This document shows positions 17,227 to 25,765 of a stretch of DNA of 64,000 nucleotides, piece after piece. Both the position numbers and the translations under genes were made by a program. The DNA comes from a virus. Under the pieces are notes generated by a model. The model was not told the DNA's origin, did no database searches, and saw only the letters and a list, made by a program, of their open reading frames with translations. The stretch's first letter is position 1; each line of letters begins with the position of its first letter. The stretch is from the IMG/VR virus record IMGVR_UViG_3300036799_000108, positions 2,543-66,542 of that record; one strand, written 5' to 3'.

Positions 17227-17829
17227 TCACATCATGGCCGCTTGATCTCCGTTGGCCTTGGGGCGGCCGCGCTTGCGGGCTGGCGTGGCGCCATTGGTGC
17301 TTTTCTTGGCTCCCTTTGGTCCCATCTCGCTGGCGATCTTCTTCTGCGCCGACAGCCAGACCTTGTGACCTCGCGCCCAGCCCTTGTCCCAGGCGACATG
17401 CTCGGCTGATCCGGCCTCGTGCGGATTGGTATCGCGCTCGTGGCCAGCCTCGCCGGCCTTGTAGCCGTCGCCGCCAGCGGCCCATTCGCGCTGCTCCTCC
17501 GCTGCTTGGGCGTCGACGGTGGCGGGCTCGGGCTTGCCCCACATGTCGAGCTGCATACCGATCGGCAGCTCGATCCATTTGGCGTAGAGCTGGAGATGCT
17601 TGAGCTGCAACTCGGCCTCGTCGGTGTCGAGCCCGGCGAGCTTCTCCAGCCACTTCAGCGCATCGAGGTCGATACCGACGTTCTTCGCCGCCTTCTTGGC
17701 CCTGGCGACCGCGGCAGCGGCATCCGCCTGGGCGTCCTTGCAGTCGCGGATCTCGCGGTAGTGCTTCAGGAAAACGTCGGGCGGCACGTTGTGCGACCGA
17801 GCTTCGGCTAGCGAGGCGGTTTTCGCCAT
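17227..17829 (-). CDS. GapR/DUF2312-like domain fused to an RMF-like motif
   Basis: AKNVGIDLDALK..D.DE...L.LY matches GapR AKGNGFDVKVLK..LDLY; GYKAG..G..RDTNPH..W.KGW resembles ribosome modulation factor. Confidence 0.65.
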   Translation of the reverse strand: MAKTASLAEARSHNVPPDVFLKHYREIRDCKDAQADAAAAVARAKKAAKNVGIDLDALKWLEKLAGLDTDEAELQLKHLQLYAKWIELPIGMQLDMWGKPEPATVDAQAAEEQREWAAGGDGYKAGEAGHERDTNPHEAGSAEHVAWDKGWARGHKVWLSAQKKIASEMGPKGAKKSTNGATPARKRGRPKANGDQAAMM

Positions 17830-17847
17830 TGAGCTTTCCCCCTGGGT

Positions 17848-18078
17848 TCAGGCCGCTTTTCTCCTCCGTGCCGGCGGATCCCAGATGTCGGGCCGCAGCA
17901 CATGCAGAGGCAGGCCGAACACCTGATTCAGTGCCTTCGCCTGGGCTGGTGGGATCTGATTTCGCTCCCGCCGCCAGAAGTTGACGCACTGATAGGTGAC
18001 CCCCAACACCGCCGCTGCCTGCCTGCTGGTCAGGCGGCATCGGATGAACGCGAGGTCGATGTCGGACCTGGGCCGCAC
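17848..18078 (-). CDS. Cro/YdaS-like HTH regulator
   Basis: SRQAAAVLGVTYQCVNFW...IPP...LPLHVLRPDIW; divergent from the repressor; start uncertain (GTG 18078). Confidence 0.82.
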   Translation of the reverse strand: MRPRSDIDLAFIRCRLTSRQAAAVLGVTYQCVNFWRRERNQIPPAQAKALNQVFGLPLHVLRPDIWDPPARRRKAA

Positions 18079-18228
18079 CCAGCTATAAAATAACTTCCCG
18101 TGATCTTTGGCAAGGCCTCGGTTTAGACTTGATCCGACTCTATACACGGTGTTATCGAATAGTTAAGACTCCGCAACCGAATTGAGGAAGGATTTCTGGC
18201 TATCCAAGAGCATCTTTCCAACCTGCGG
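18079..18228. promoter_or_regulatory. Divergent immunity-switch region (cI/cro intergenic)
   Basis: AT-richer spacer between divergent HTH genes; operators not resolved by eye. Confidence 0.6.
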
Positions 18229-18804
18229 TTGTTCGCTGCTCGGCTGAAGCAGTTGCGGCTCAACTATGGCACGCAAATCGAGAAACCGGGTCTATCGGCG
18301 CGTCAGTTCGCGAACATCCTCGGTATCGCGGCGCAGCGCTATCGCCGCTACGAGCGGGCCGAGATCGAGCCGCCGCTGGAAGTGCTGGCGCTGCTGCGGC
18401 GTTTGACCGGGGTCTCCCTGGATCGGCTGGTGGCTGGCATGCGGCCGGGCGATGCGGATATGGTCGCGCAGCACGGGGAGCGTGATGAGACGTCTCTGGT
18501 GACGGCTGATCGGCTGCGCATGTCCCGCGAGGCGGCGAACCTTTCGATCAAGGATGTCGCCGAGCTAATGAAGCTCGAGATCGACGACTGGCTCCGCTGG
18601 GAAGCCGATCTGGATACGCCGCCAATTGATAAGCTTGTAGAATACGCCGCGAGATTTTCGGTCACGATCCAGTTTCTGACGGACGGCGAGCTGACAGGGT
18701 TACGACCCGAGATCCGGCAGATGTTGGTCGCGAGGTTTCCCGAGTTGGAGGGACCGTTGCCTCACAACACAGAGGCCGCTGACCAGGAAAAACACACGGC
18801 ATAG
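18229..18804 (+). CDS. CI-like repressor with two tandem XRE HTH domains, no S24 peptidase
   Basis: ARLKQLR..LSARQFANILGI..YRRYER and DRLRMSRE..LSIKDVAELM..WLRWE; start TTG 18229 or CTG 18196 (after GAGGAAGG). Confidence 0.85.
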   Translation: MFAARLKQLRLNYGTQIEKPGLSARQFANILGIAAQRYRRYERAEIEPPLEVLALLRRLTGVSLDRLVAGMRPGDADMVAQHGERDETSLVTADRLRMSREAANLSIKDVAELMKLEIDDWLRWEADLDTPPIDKLVEYAARFSVTIQFLTDGELTGLRPEIRQMLVARFPELEGPLPHNTEAADQEKHTA

Positions 18805-19075
18805 GTGTGCAGCGGCACACTGGCCATGGGGTGACGCCGCCGCTTGGCGACAGGCGGGCCAAGCCCCGGACTACCTGACGGACGACATCTTCCAACTCAT
18901 CATCGTCCTCGACCCAGCATTCCCAACTCGCCTCCCTTATGTCACCGACAACCGAATAATTGACGTTCTTATTTGTGTCGAACGGCACGTCCACCTCCTT
19001 GGCGCGAAGGGATACGGTGGTTGTAAAACCGTCGGGTGCAATAGCAATCCTGCTGCCAATCTCATAATGTGACAA
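18662..19075 (-). CDS. Hypothetical protein; 3' end overlaps the repressor in antisense
   Basis: AT-richer 5' part, ATGA-coupled to a 14-aa upstream ORF with AGGAG RBS; 143-nt antisense overlap makes the end doubtful. Confidence 0.4.
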   Translation of the reverse strand: MSHYEIGSRIAIAPDGFTTTVSLRAKEVDVPFDTNKNVNYSVVGDIREASWECWVEDDDELEDVVRQVVRGLARLSPSGGVTPWPVCRCTPMPCVFPGQRPLCCEATVPPTRETSRPTSAGSRVVTLSARRPSETGS

Positions 19076-19136
19076 GCATGTAATTACTCACGTATTTGGT
19101 ATACATCGTCTCCTGGATACGTTCCGCCAACGCGCA

Positions 19137-19165
19137 TTGACGTGATAACGCCACGTTGCCATGCT
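19137..19165 (+). promoter_or_regulatory. Sigma70-like promoter for the recombination operon
   Basis: TTGACG-N17-CATGCT with TG extension. Confidence 0.6.
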
Positions 19166-19192
19166 GGCGGTCGGCCAGCCATGGGGACTGCC

Positions 19193-19345
19193 ATGTGGTG
19201 GAACGTTTACGTGCGTTGGAGCAACGGGCGCCGCGAGACGATCCGAACGCAAACGCCCTCACAATTGCCCTCCGGTGGTGGCGGCCGCCTCTGGGTGCTG
19301 GCCTGCCTGCCGGTGCCGACGGTCAGCGTGCGGCTGGGCCGATGA
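19193..19345 (+). CDS. 50-aa hypothetical protein
   Basis: GGGGA RBS; ATGA overlap with the next ORF. Confidence 0.45.
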   Translation: MWWNVYVRWSNGRRETIRTQTPSQLPSGGGGRLWVLACLPVPTVSVRLGR

Positions 19346-19449
19346 TGGGATGGCGGTCCGCTCTGATCGGCGCGACCTGCGGCCTGCTGGTCTGGGCGGC
19401 GATGACGCTCCTGGTCGTGGTCGCAATCTTCACGATCGCCGGTAACTGA
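19342..19449 (+). CDS. 35-aa single-TM membrane peptide
   Basis: MMGWRSALIGATCGLLVWAAMTLLVVVAIFTIAGN. Confidence 0.55.
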   Translation: MMGWRSALIGATCGLLVWAAMTLLVVVAIFTIAGN

Positions 19450-19469
19450 ACACCACAAGGGACTGGAAG

Positions 19470-19652
19470 ATGGAGGAGAAACTGCTCGCATGGCTCACAC
19501 CACATCAGGGCCTGATCGAGGGAGCGTTCGTCGCTATGGGCACCGAGCGAGAACCGGCCCGCCGCGTGTGCGGCAGTGAGCGCGAGGCGCGCTGCTGGAT
19601 CGAGCATGAGGCCGCGGCGCTCGGTGCTGCCGTTGCCTGGGTAGCTGGGTGA
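19470..19652 (+). CDS. Hypothetical protein
   Basis: AAGGGA RBS; GTGA overlap with the next gene. Confidence 0.6.
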   Translation: MEEKLLAWLTPHQGLIEGAFVAMGTEREPARRVCGSEREARCWIEHEAAALGAAVAWVAG

Positions 19653-20599
19653 GCGGCGAAGCGCCTCGCCTGCGCATCACGGAGCCCGGCATCTATGATG
19701 GGATGTCGGAACTGGACTATCACGCCGATCCAGTAGCGGCTGTTTCGATCTCGCGATCGGAGATGAAGATCCTCATCGAAGCCTCGCCTGCGCACCTATA
19801 CGCCAGGCATCCGAGACTGGGCGGCACGGCGCCGACCGGGCCAGCATCCGGCGACGATGATATGGACATCGGGACGGCAGTCCACTCGGCCTTCCTGCAG
19901 GGTATCGATAAGGTCGCGCACGTTCCGTTCGACAGCTTCCGAACCAATGCAGCCAAGGAATTCCGCGATGAGGCGCGAGCGGAGGGGAAGATCCCGCTCA
20001 AGACCAAGCTGTACGACAGCGTGATGCGTGTCACTGATAGCCTGGAAACTAACCGGCGGACGACCGGCATGTTCACGCACGGCAAACCTGAGCAGACCCT
20101 GATTTGGGACGAAGGCCAGCTCTGGTGCAGGGCGAGGATCGACTGGCTACCTGATGATTCAGCGGCGCCGTTACTCGACCTAAAGACCACTGGCAGCTTG
20201 GCGACAACGGCAGGTTGGGGACGCACGGCTTTCCAATTCGGCGCAGACCTCCAGGCCTCACTCTATCCCCGTGGATGCGAGTTCCTACGCGGCGAGCCAC
20301 CCGATGGGATGCTTTTCGTAGTGGTCGAGACGGATCCACCATATGCGGTCCGAGTGTTCGGCCTCGATCCCATTGCTGTCGAGGTCGGCGCAGCAAAGGC
20401 CGCTGCAGCGCGTGCATTGTGGGTGCAATGCCGTCGCGCCGGCCATTGGCCGAGTTATCCCCTCGATACCGAATGGATATTGCCGCCGCCATGGATCGTG
20501 CGGCAATGGGAAGAGACAAAGATCGGCGGCTTCGGTCGCGCGGTCGAAGACACCGCCTTCATCGAACGGTTGATCGCAGCGGGACAATTTGGCGGATGA
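19649..20599 (+). CDS. Exonuclease VIII/RecE-like PD-(D/E)xK nuclease (DUF3799)
   Basis: PGIYDGMS..DYHAD..ISRS..SPAH, GTAVH, CRARIDWL, LLDLKTT. Confidence 0.9.
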   Translation: MSGEAPRLRITEPGIYDGMSELDYHADPVAAVSISRSEMKILIEASPAHLYARHPRLGGTAPTGPASGDDDMDIGTAVHSAFLQGIDKVAHVPFDSFRTNAAKEFRDEARAEGKIPLKTKLYDSVMRVTDSLETNRRTTGMFTHGKPEQTLIWDEGQLWCRARIDWLPDDSAAPLLDLKTTGSLATTAGWGRTAFQFGADLQASLYPRGCEFLRGEPPDGMLFVVVETDPPYAVRVFGLDPIAVEVGAAKAAAARALWVQCRRAGHWPSYPLDTEWILPPPWIVRQWEETKIGGFGRAVEDTAFIERLIAAGQFGG

Positions 20600-21390
20600 G
20601 CCTGAGACATTTCATCCTCCGTGACCTAACCGAACCCGTCGCGAAACGCCGATGGCACGATCCAGAACGCATAGGCGCCAAGATACGTGACTCCCACCCT
20701 TTCGAACTATCCGCAGTCGCTCCAGCCTTGTTCGATCTGAGTGAATCATTGTTGGATCACTGGAACCCAGGTCGCCTTGCTTTCTTACCATTCGAATTGA
20801 CTTGGGTAGAATGGAAGAACCCAGTTGGGTGGAGGATAGCATTCCTGTTGGAACGGCGAGACGACGGTAGATCTGAGTTTCACTTCGTAAGTGAACGCCA
20901 GTCCTCTCACTGCGGCGACTTCCCCTTGGCAGCGGCGATTAAAGAAATCGGCGTTGATGATCAGTTCATTCAGCTAACCCAGGCGTGGATGAAAGATCAG
21001 AAGGACCAAGACCATGCGCACGCAATGGTCGCTATGATCTATGGGGCTCTCCTGCTGATAAACCACCCAAAGTCCGTCGGCCGCATCGAGCATCCGCCGC
21101 ATGCTGGATTGCAGCGCAAGATCGCCGCGGCGGAAGGACAGACCGGCAAGGCATACCTATTGGGTGAGACCGAGATCATTCTGCGTGTCACACCACAGCC
21201 AGACGAGAGAGAACCGGGAGACCCATCCGTCCTCGTAGGGAAGCGAGCCCTGCACTGGGTGCGCTCTTACATTCGGCGCAATGCACGGTTGCCAGTGATC
21301 GAGCATATGCGCGGCGATCCCCGACTCGGTATCAAGAAAGGCCGTTACCGCTTCGGACCTTCCGACGAGCCGCCCAAGCTCAATGCCTGA
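20596..21390 (+). CDS. Hypothetical protein
   Basis: ATGA overlap; C-terminal RALHWVR...HMRGDPRLG motif; visibly AT-richer. Confidence 0.7.
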   Translation: MSLRHFILRDLTEPVAKRRWHDPERIGAKIRDSHPFELSAVAPALFDLSESLLDHWNPGRLAFLPFELTWVEWKNPVGWRIAFLLERRDDGRSEFHFVSERQSSHCGDFPLAAAIKEIGVDDQFIQLTQAWMKDQKDQDHAHAMVAMIYGALLLINHPKSVGRIEHPPHAGLQRKIAAAEGQTGKAYLLGETEIILRVTPQPDEREPGDPSVLVGKRALHWVRSYIRRNARLPVIEHMRGDPRLGIKKGRYRFGPSDEPPKLNA

Positions 21391-22600
21391 CGGAACACCA
21401 GACCTCACCTATCGACGCGCAGTCAGAGGCCGTTTCGCGCCGCTGCTTATGATCTCGGGCCCGAGCGGCACCGGCAAAACGTACTCGGCCCTGCGACTGG
21501 CTCGAGGCATGGCCGGGCCGGATGGCCAGATATTCGTTGCTGACACGGACAATGCACGAGCCAGGCTTTACGCGAGCGCCTTCGACTTCATGCATCTCGA
21601 TTTGCGTGAGCCATTCCGCCCGATGTTGTTCGAGCAAGCCGCCATCGCCGCACAGAAGCAGAAGGCTGCCGTGCTGATCATCGACAATTTTGCGGCCGAG
21701 TGGGTTGGACCGGGCGGTGTGCTGGAATGGGCCGACGAAGAGTTGAACCGCATGGCTGGCGACAATCTCTCGCGCCGAGAGTCGCTGAAGATGGTCGTAT
21801 GGGCAAAGGTAAAGCCGCCGCACAAGCACATGTTCCAGCGGCTTTATCAATTAAACATGGCAATAATACTTTGTTGCGCTGCCGAGAAGAAGATCGCGAT
21901 GATCAAGCAGACTGAGGGCAAGGACAAGGGTAAGGTGATCCCGGTCGATCAGGGCTTCCAGCCGATCGGCGACAAAGATGCCGCTTACGCTATGACCGCC
22001 AGCCTACTGCTCGATGACGTGAACCGGCCAGGAACACCGAAGCCGATCAAAGCATTGTTGCCGGATCTGCAGCCGATCATCCGCCTCGATCGCCCGCTCG
22101 ATGAGGAAACCGGCCGGCGTATTGCTGCCTGGGCACGCGGCGAAAAGGAGCCCGCCGCTCCGGGGGGGATACAGGCGGGCTTGAAGGATGAGGAGGTAAA
22201 GTCTCGACCGGCACCGTCGCATGCCCCCCCCGATTCGGAGAAGCAGCGGGATGAACCGCCGCCGCCGGCGGACGACATCCCGCCCGCAGATGACATACCG
22301 CCACCGCCCGAGGACCAGCGACAAGATGATGCTCCCTCTCCCTCGCCTCCTCCCTCGAACAAGGAAGCGGACATCGAGGAAGGCGCGAAGGTGATCGGGG
22401 CCAAGTTCCTCAACACCGCAGACCGGCGCGCGCACCTCGCCCTGGTCGATGACCCCGAGCTGCGCAAGCAGATCGAGTGGCTGCGGCGCCACCGGAAGGC
22501 GCTGTATGACCGCGAGGTCGGATCCGCCATCAAGGCGTCCTGGCAGCGCACGGAGCCTCCAAAGCCGGGCGAGGCCAAACAGGGAGACCTGATCCAATGA
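21383..22600 (+). CDS. AAA_24 / Sak4-like ATPase recombinase with Pro-rich linker
   Basis: ISGPSGTGKTYSALRLA, VADTD, LIIDN. Confidence 0.85.
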   Translation: MPDGTPDLTYRRAVRGRFAPLLMISGPSGTGKTYSALRLARGMAGPDGQIFVADTDNARARLYASAFDFMHLDLREPFRPMLFEQAAIAAQKQKAAVLIIDNFAAEWVGPGGVLEWADEELNRMAGDNLSRRESLKMVVWAKVKPPHKHMFQRLYQLNMAIILCCAAEKKIAMIKQTEGKDKGKVIPVDQGFQPIGDKDAAYAMTASLLLDDVNRPGTPKPIKALLPDLQPIIRLDRPLDEETGRRIAAWARGEKEPAAPGGIQAGLKDEEVKSRPAPSHAPPDSEKQRDEPPPPADDIPPADDIPPPPEDQRQDDAPSPSPPPSNKEADIEEGAKVIGAKFLNTADRRAHLALVDDPELRKQIEWLRRHRKALYDREVGSAIKASWQRTEPPKPGEAKQGDLIQ

Positions 22601-22842
22601 CCAAGCTGATCTCGCTGCGGGTGACCATGGCGTGCGACGACGCGGTGGACCTCAAGGACGTCAAGCCGCGGCTGTCGGCCATGATCTCGGCCGCAGGCAC
22701 GGAGACCGTCGGCGAGAACGGGGGCGGCCGCGTGCACTGGGGCACCGTGGAGGTTCTGCAGGGGCCAGAGCGGATGGTGCGCAGGGGAGGCAAGAAGGGC
22801 GTCGTCGGAGTGGTGGCACAGACGGACATGCTGGCGTCGTAA
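22597..22842 (+). CDS. Hypothetical protein
   Basis: ATGA overlap. Confidence 0.6.
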   Translation: MTKLISLRVTMACDDAVDLKDVKPRLSAMISAAGTETVGENGGGRVHWGTVEVLQGPERMVRRGGKKGVVGVVAQTDMLAS

Positions 22843-22854
22843 GGAGGAACAAAC

Positions 22855-23139
22855 ATGAGCTTCGATGAAGAAGCGGCGACCCAGGCATCAACTCAGTTCC
22901 GCCGCGAGGTAGCGAAGATGGTCGCCGAGCGACCGGGTGAAGTTGACGAGATCAACAGCGGTCTCGCCGAGGCGTTTGGAGGCCACCCGCAAGCCCTTTG
23001 CTTGGCCGCGATGGCCGACGCCCTCTCGCATGTCCTCTCGGAGTTTCCGGCGCAGCAGCGTGCCGTGATGGTCATGGCGTTCGCTGACATGACCCTCCAG
23101 ATGGCGACGATCCGTGACGAGATAGGCTCGGATGGATGA
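22855..23139 (+). CDS. Hypothetical protein
   Basis: TAAGGAGG RBS. Confidence 0.75.
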   Translation: MSFDEEAATQASTQFRREVAKMVAERPGEVDEINSGLAEAFGGHPQALCLAAMADALSHVLSEFPAQQRAVMVMAFADMTLQMATIRDEIGSDG

Positions 23140-23336
23140 AGCTCGGGTTCCGGCGCGACTTCGACCCGACCCTGCTCTCCTGGGGCGGCCCTGATGAAGC
23201 GCCGACAGAGACATGCTCGATCTGCGATGCGGTCCTCGAGGAGGATGATGTGCCGCTGATCATGTGGCGTGAGGACGGCTGGTGCGTGCGCCTCTGCGAC
23301 GCCTGTGTCGCGCGTTGGATCGAGGTGAAGCGGTGA
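23136..23336 (+). CDS. Small Zn-finger protein
   Basis: CSICD...LCDAC. Confidence 0.7.
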   Translation: MKLGFRRDFDPTLLSWGGPDEAPTETCSICDAVLEEDDVPLIMWREDGWCVRLCDACVARWIEVKR

Positions 23337-23347
23337 AGCGGTGAAGC
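23324..23347 (+). repeat. (GGTGAAGC)x3 tandem repeat at a gene junction
   Basis: Three exact 8-mers spanning a stop and a GTG start. Confidence 0.9.
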
Positions 23348-23544
23348 CATTCACCTACGGGCAGCGGGTGAACGTGGTGGGCGAGATGCCCTCGTTTTCC
23401 TGCATTGTGCTGTGGGAGCAAGGTACATGCGAGGAGTGCGGCGTCCCGATGTATCGATGCCTCATGGAGAAGTGGAACCTCAGAGGCGACTTCTGCTCGT
23501 CTGTGATGCGCCTGTCGAACGACCAACCGGAGGCATTGCAATGA
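23341..23544 (+). CDS. Small Cys-containing hypothetical protein
   Basis: CEECG; ATGA overlap. Confidence 0.6.
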   Translation: MKPFTYGQRVNVVGEMPSFSCIVLWEQGTCEECGVPMYRCLMEKWNLRGDFCSSVMRLSNDQPEALQ

Positions 23545-23633
23545 GCGTCTGGTATTGTCCGGCCTGCCGAATCGCCTACGCGCCACAGCCCCATTGTCCG
23601 AGGTGCGGTGAGGTTGGGGTCCGTCAGCCATGA
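23541..23633 (+). CDS. 30-aa Zn-ribbon microprotein, copy A (MSVWYCPACRIAYAPQPHCPRCGEVGVRQP)
   Basis: Translated by hand; GGAGG RBS; ATGA overlaps; paralogue at 25673. Confidence 0.75.
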   Translation: MSVWYCPACRIAYAPQPHCPRCGEVGVRQP

Positions 23634-23851
23634 CCGACAACCGCGCCAAGATCGAGTTCGTCAGCATCGAGCAGGCCGAGGAGGCCGACGTGATGGTGTG
23701 CATGCCGTGGACGAGCCCGCTGATCCTGCCCGACAACCACCGGGCCAAGTGCGGCGTGTGCGGCCACATCGTCCAGCACCGTCCGGATGTGCCCAAGCGG
23801 CCGATGAAGGTGTGCCTGGACTGCGCGCCATCTGTGATCAGGCCGCAATGA
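23630..23851 (+). CDS. Small Zn-finger protein
   Basis: CGVCG...CLDC. Confidence 0.7.
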   Translation: MTDNRAKIEFVSIEQAEEADVMVCMPWTSPLILPDNHRAKCGVCGHIVQHRPDVPKRPMKVCLDCAPSVIRPQ

Positions 23852-24060
23852 CGGACGACCGGGCCGGGATTGAGATGACGCAGGCTATCCTCCGGGCCGT
23901 CGCGCCGATCGTGGACGGCCAGCCGAGTGAACTGGTGATGGAGGCGTTTGCGGCGGCGCTGGCGGCGGCGCTGGCAGGCAGCGGTTCGGACAAAAAGGGG
24001 GCTCGATTGGTGCTGCACCGCTATGCCGAGCGCATCCTCGATTTCGCGGAGATGATCTGA
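23848..24060 (+). CDS. Hypothetical protein
   Basis: ATGA overlap; MTDDRAG start. Confidence 0.6.
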   Translation: MTDDRAGIEMTQAILRAVAPIVDGQPSELVMEAFAAALAAALAGSGSDKKGARLVLHRYAERILDFAEMI

Positions 24061-24075
24061 CAAGGGAGAGAGCCC

Positions 24076-24486
24076 ATGACGATGAACGACCGACCGATTG
24101 AAAATCCGAACCTCCAGGCCGGCCTCGATGAGATCAAGGAGATCATGCTGCGCCGAGGGCTGGCTGGCTGCGCAATGCTGGTTGCGCCCGAGGAAGCGGC
24201 GTTCACCTACGGCATGCACGCGCCCTGGTCGGCGCTGCGGCCGGATCCGACCCTGCCACTCGGCTTCCGGTTCCGGGCCGTATCCGCCGAGACCGGCAAG
24301 GAGGAAACCAAGCGGCGTGTCGAAGGCGCCATGCACACGATCTGCCAAATATGCGACTTCGGCTACCAGACGGCGGCATGGATGGACGACCTGAAGGACA
24401 TGCTGCGCAAGGCCGGGATCGACTTCGATCACACGCCGTATGGCGGGAGGCCGTTGCCTCACCTGTTGAGTGATCGCCCCAGTTAG
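24076..24486 (+). CDS. Hypothetical protein
   Basis: AAGGGAG RBS. Confidence 0.75.
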   Translation: MTMNDRPIENPNLQAGLDEIKEIMLRRGLAGCAMLVAPEEAAFTYGMHAPWSALRPDPTLPLGFRFRAVSAETGKEETKRRVEGAMHTICQICDFGYQTAAWMDDLKDMLRKAGIDFDHTPYGGRPLPHLLSDRPS

Positions 24487-24570
24487 ATGTGTTGCGTCGG
24501 CGCCACAGCAAAACCGGTATCGTCACAAACGCATAACACCGAGTTGCATGCTCACCGGGACCGATGCTGG

Positions 24571-24586
24571 GATTACCTCGGTAATC
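24571..24586. promoter_or_regulatory. Palindromic operator candidate GATTACC-TC-GGTAATC
   Basis: Perfect 7-bp inverted repeat 23 nt upstream of the RHH gene start. Confidence 0.5.
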
Positions 24587-24609
24587 TAACCCCGAGGAGA
24601 GCCGAAAAT

Positions 24610-25029
24610 ATGCCTAACGATGACAGCCCAGACTTCAAGCCGTGGAACGTCAAAGACTTGCCGGTCGCCATCCGCAGCCAGATCACCGACTTGGCCGCGC
24701 GCCAGGGCGTCACGGTGGCCGAGTGGCTCACCGAGTACTTCACGCTGCATGGCCTCGACGGCCAGGATTTACCAGCTATTCCACGGAGAGATCGCCCGGC
24801 TAATCGCGACACCGATACCCTCGACCGGGTCATAGACCGCGCCTGCAGGCTCGCCCAGCACACGGCCTCAATGCCGAAGGCGGTGGCTGATCTGGCCTAC
24901 GGGCTGGTGAAGGCAGAGCTGCGGGATCTGCGAGCCGAGGCGCCGGTTTTACCGCGGTTACCGTCGGGAAAGTTCGCCCGATTAGAACCATCGGAGACAC
25001 GAACTGAAACCGCCGAGATCGGAGCGTAA
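24610..25029 (+). CDS. Ribbon-helix-helix DNA-binding protein (plasmid-type)
   Basis: KPWNVKDLPVAIRSQITDLAARQGVTVAEWL; GAGGAG RBS. Confidence 0.7.
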   Translation: MPNDDSPDFKPWNVKDLPVAIRSQITDLAARQGVTVAEWLTEYFTLHGLDGQDLPAIPRRDRPANRDTDTLDRVIDRACRLAQHTASMPKAVADLAYGLVKAELRDLRAEAPVLPRLPSGKFARLEPSETRTETAEIGA

Positions 25030-25038
25030 TAGGATATT

Positions 25039-25326
25039 ATGGCAGCAGAAACAGGGCCCAAGCTGATCCACTCCGAGCCTACGCCAGGGCAGATCATCAC
25101 CGAGCTGCACTGCTGGATTGCGACCTACCAGGACGGCTCCGAGGGGATCATCGCTGGCGGGGTTCCGGACATGGGCATGACGCCGCTGCTCACGTCGCGC
25201 CTGCATGTCGCCAAAGGCATGGAGAGTATGGCGCGACAGGTGATGCGTCTGTCGCACCAGACCAAGCACCCGGTCGTCAGCGTGCGGCTGGTGACCTTCA
25301 CCTCGACCGAGGGAACCCGGTCATGA
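25039..25326 (+). CDS. Hypothetical protein
   Basis: TAGGA RBS; coupled. Confidence 0.7.
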   Translation: MAAETGPKLIHSEPTPGQIITELHCWIATYQDGSEGIIAGGVPDMGMTPLLTSRLHVAKGMESMARQVMRLSHQTKHPVVSVRLVTFTSTEGTRS

Positions 25327-25676
25327 CCATCGGTCCTGACTTCGACGCCATCTTTTGCGTGGTCGGCGGCAGGGATAACCTGAGCGACAGCACGCGCGCC
25401 GACGTCGTCAGGCACCTCAACGGGACAGTGCGCACCAGCACGACCGGCGGGACGGTTCACCTCGCCGTCGATGGGTTCGACGATGACCCACGCGAGCTGT
25501 GGGAAATCCCAGAGGTGCGAGAATACGTCAGGCGCCTGGTCCTCGACCTGGATACGGAGGTGGCACTCCGCCTCGATGAGCTGTCGAGGATCCTCGGGGC
25601 GGTCTGCTGCGGGCTGCTGCGGCCGGTGGGGCGTGACCCGGTGACCGGCAACACCCGATTCGAGAGGACGACATGA
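25323..25676 (+). CDS. Hypothetical protein
   Basis: DDDPRELWEIPEVR; coupled. Confidence 0.7.
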   Translation: MTIGPDFDAIFCVVGGRDNLSDSTRADVVRHLNGTVRTSTTGGTVHLAVDGFDDDPRELWEIPEVREYVRRLVLDLDTEVALRLDELSRILGAVCCGLLRPVGRDPVTGNTRFERTT

Positions 25677-25765
25677 GCGTCTGGTATTGTTCGGCCTGCA
25701 AGATCGCCTACGCCTCGGTGCCCTACTGCCCGCGTTGCGGCGCGGTCGGAGTTCGCCAGCCATGA
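25673..25765 (+). CDS. 30-aa Zn-ribbon microprotein, copy B (MSVWYCSACKIAYASVPYCPRCGAVGVRQP)
   Basis: Translated by hand; GAGAGGA RBS; paralogue of 23541. Confidence 0.75.
   Translation: MSVWYCSACKIAYASVPYCPRCGAVGVRQP

Noticed and set aside
18079-18228. CtrA boxes (TTAA-N7-TTAA) in the switch region and rep leader
   Set aside because: Only single TTAA half-sites (18163, 27134), with no second half-site at the correct spacing
20215-20595. N-terminal extension of the 391-aa ORF
   Set aside because: It overlaps the RecE-like gene out of frame; the ATGA-coupled start at 20596 is more plausible
23260-24462. Long minus-strand ORFs such as 23260-24462, 54967-56208 (+), 44978-46330 (+) and 2860-3885 (-)
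   Set aside because: Shadow ORFs opposite well-supported genes; Arg/Ala/Pro-rich, with no motifs, RBS or boundary coincidence, as expected in high-GC DNA
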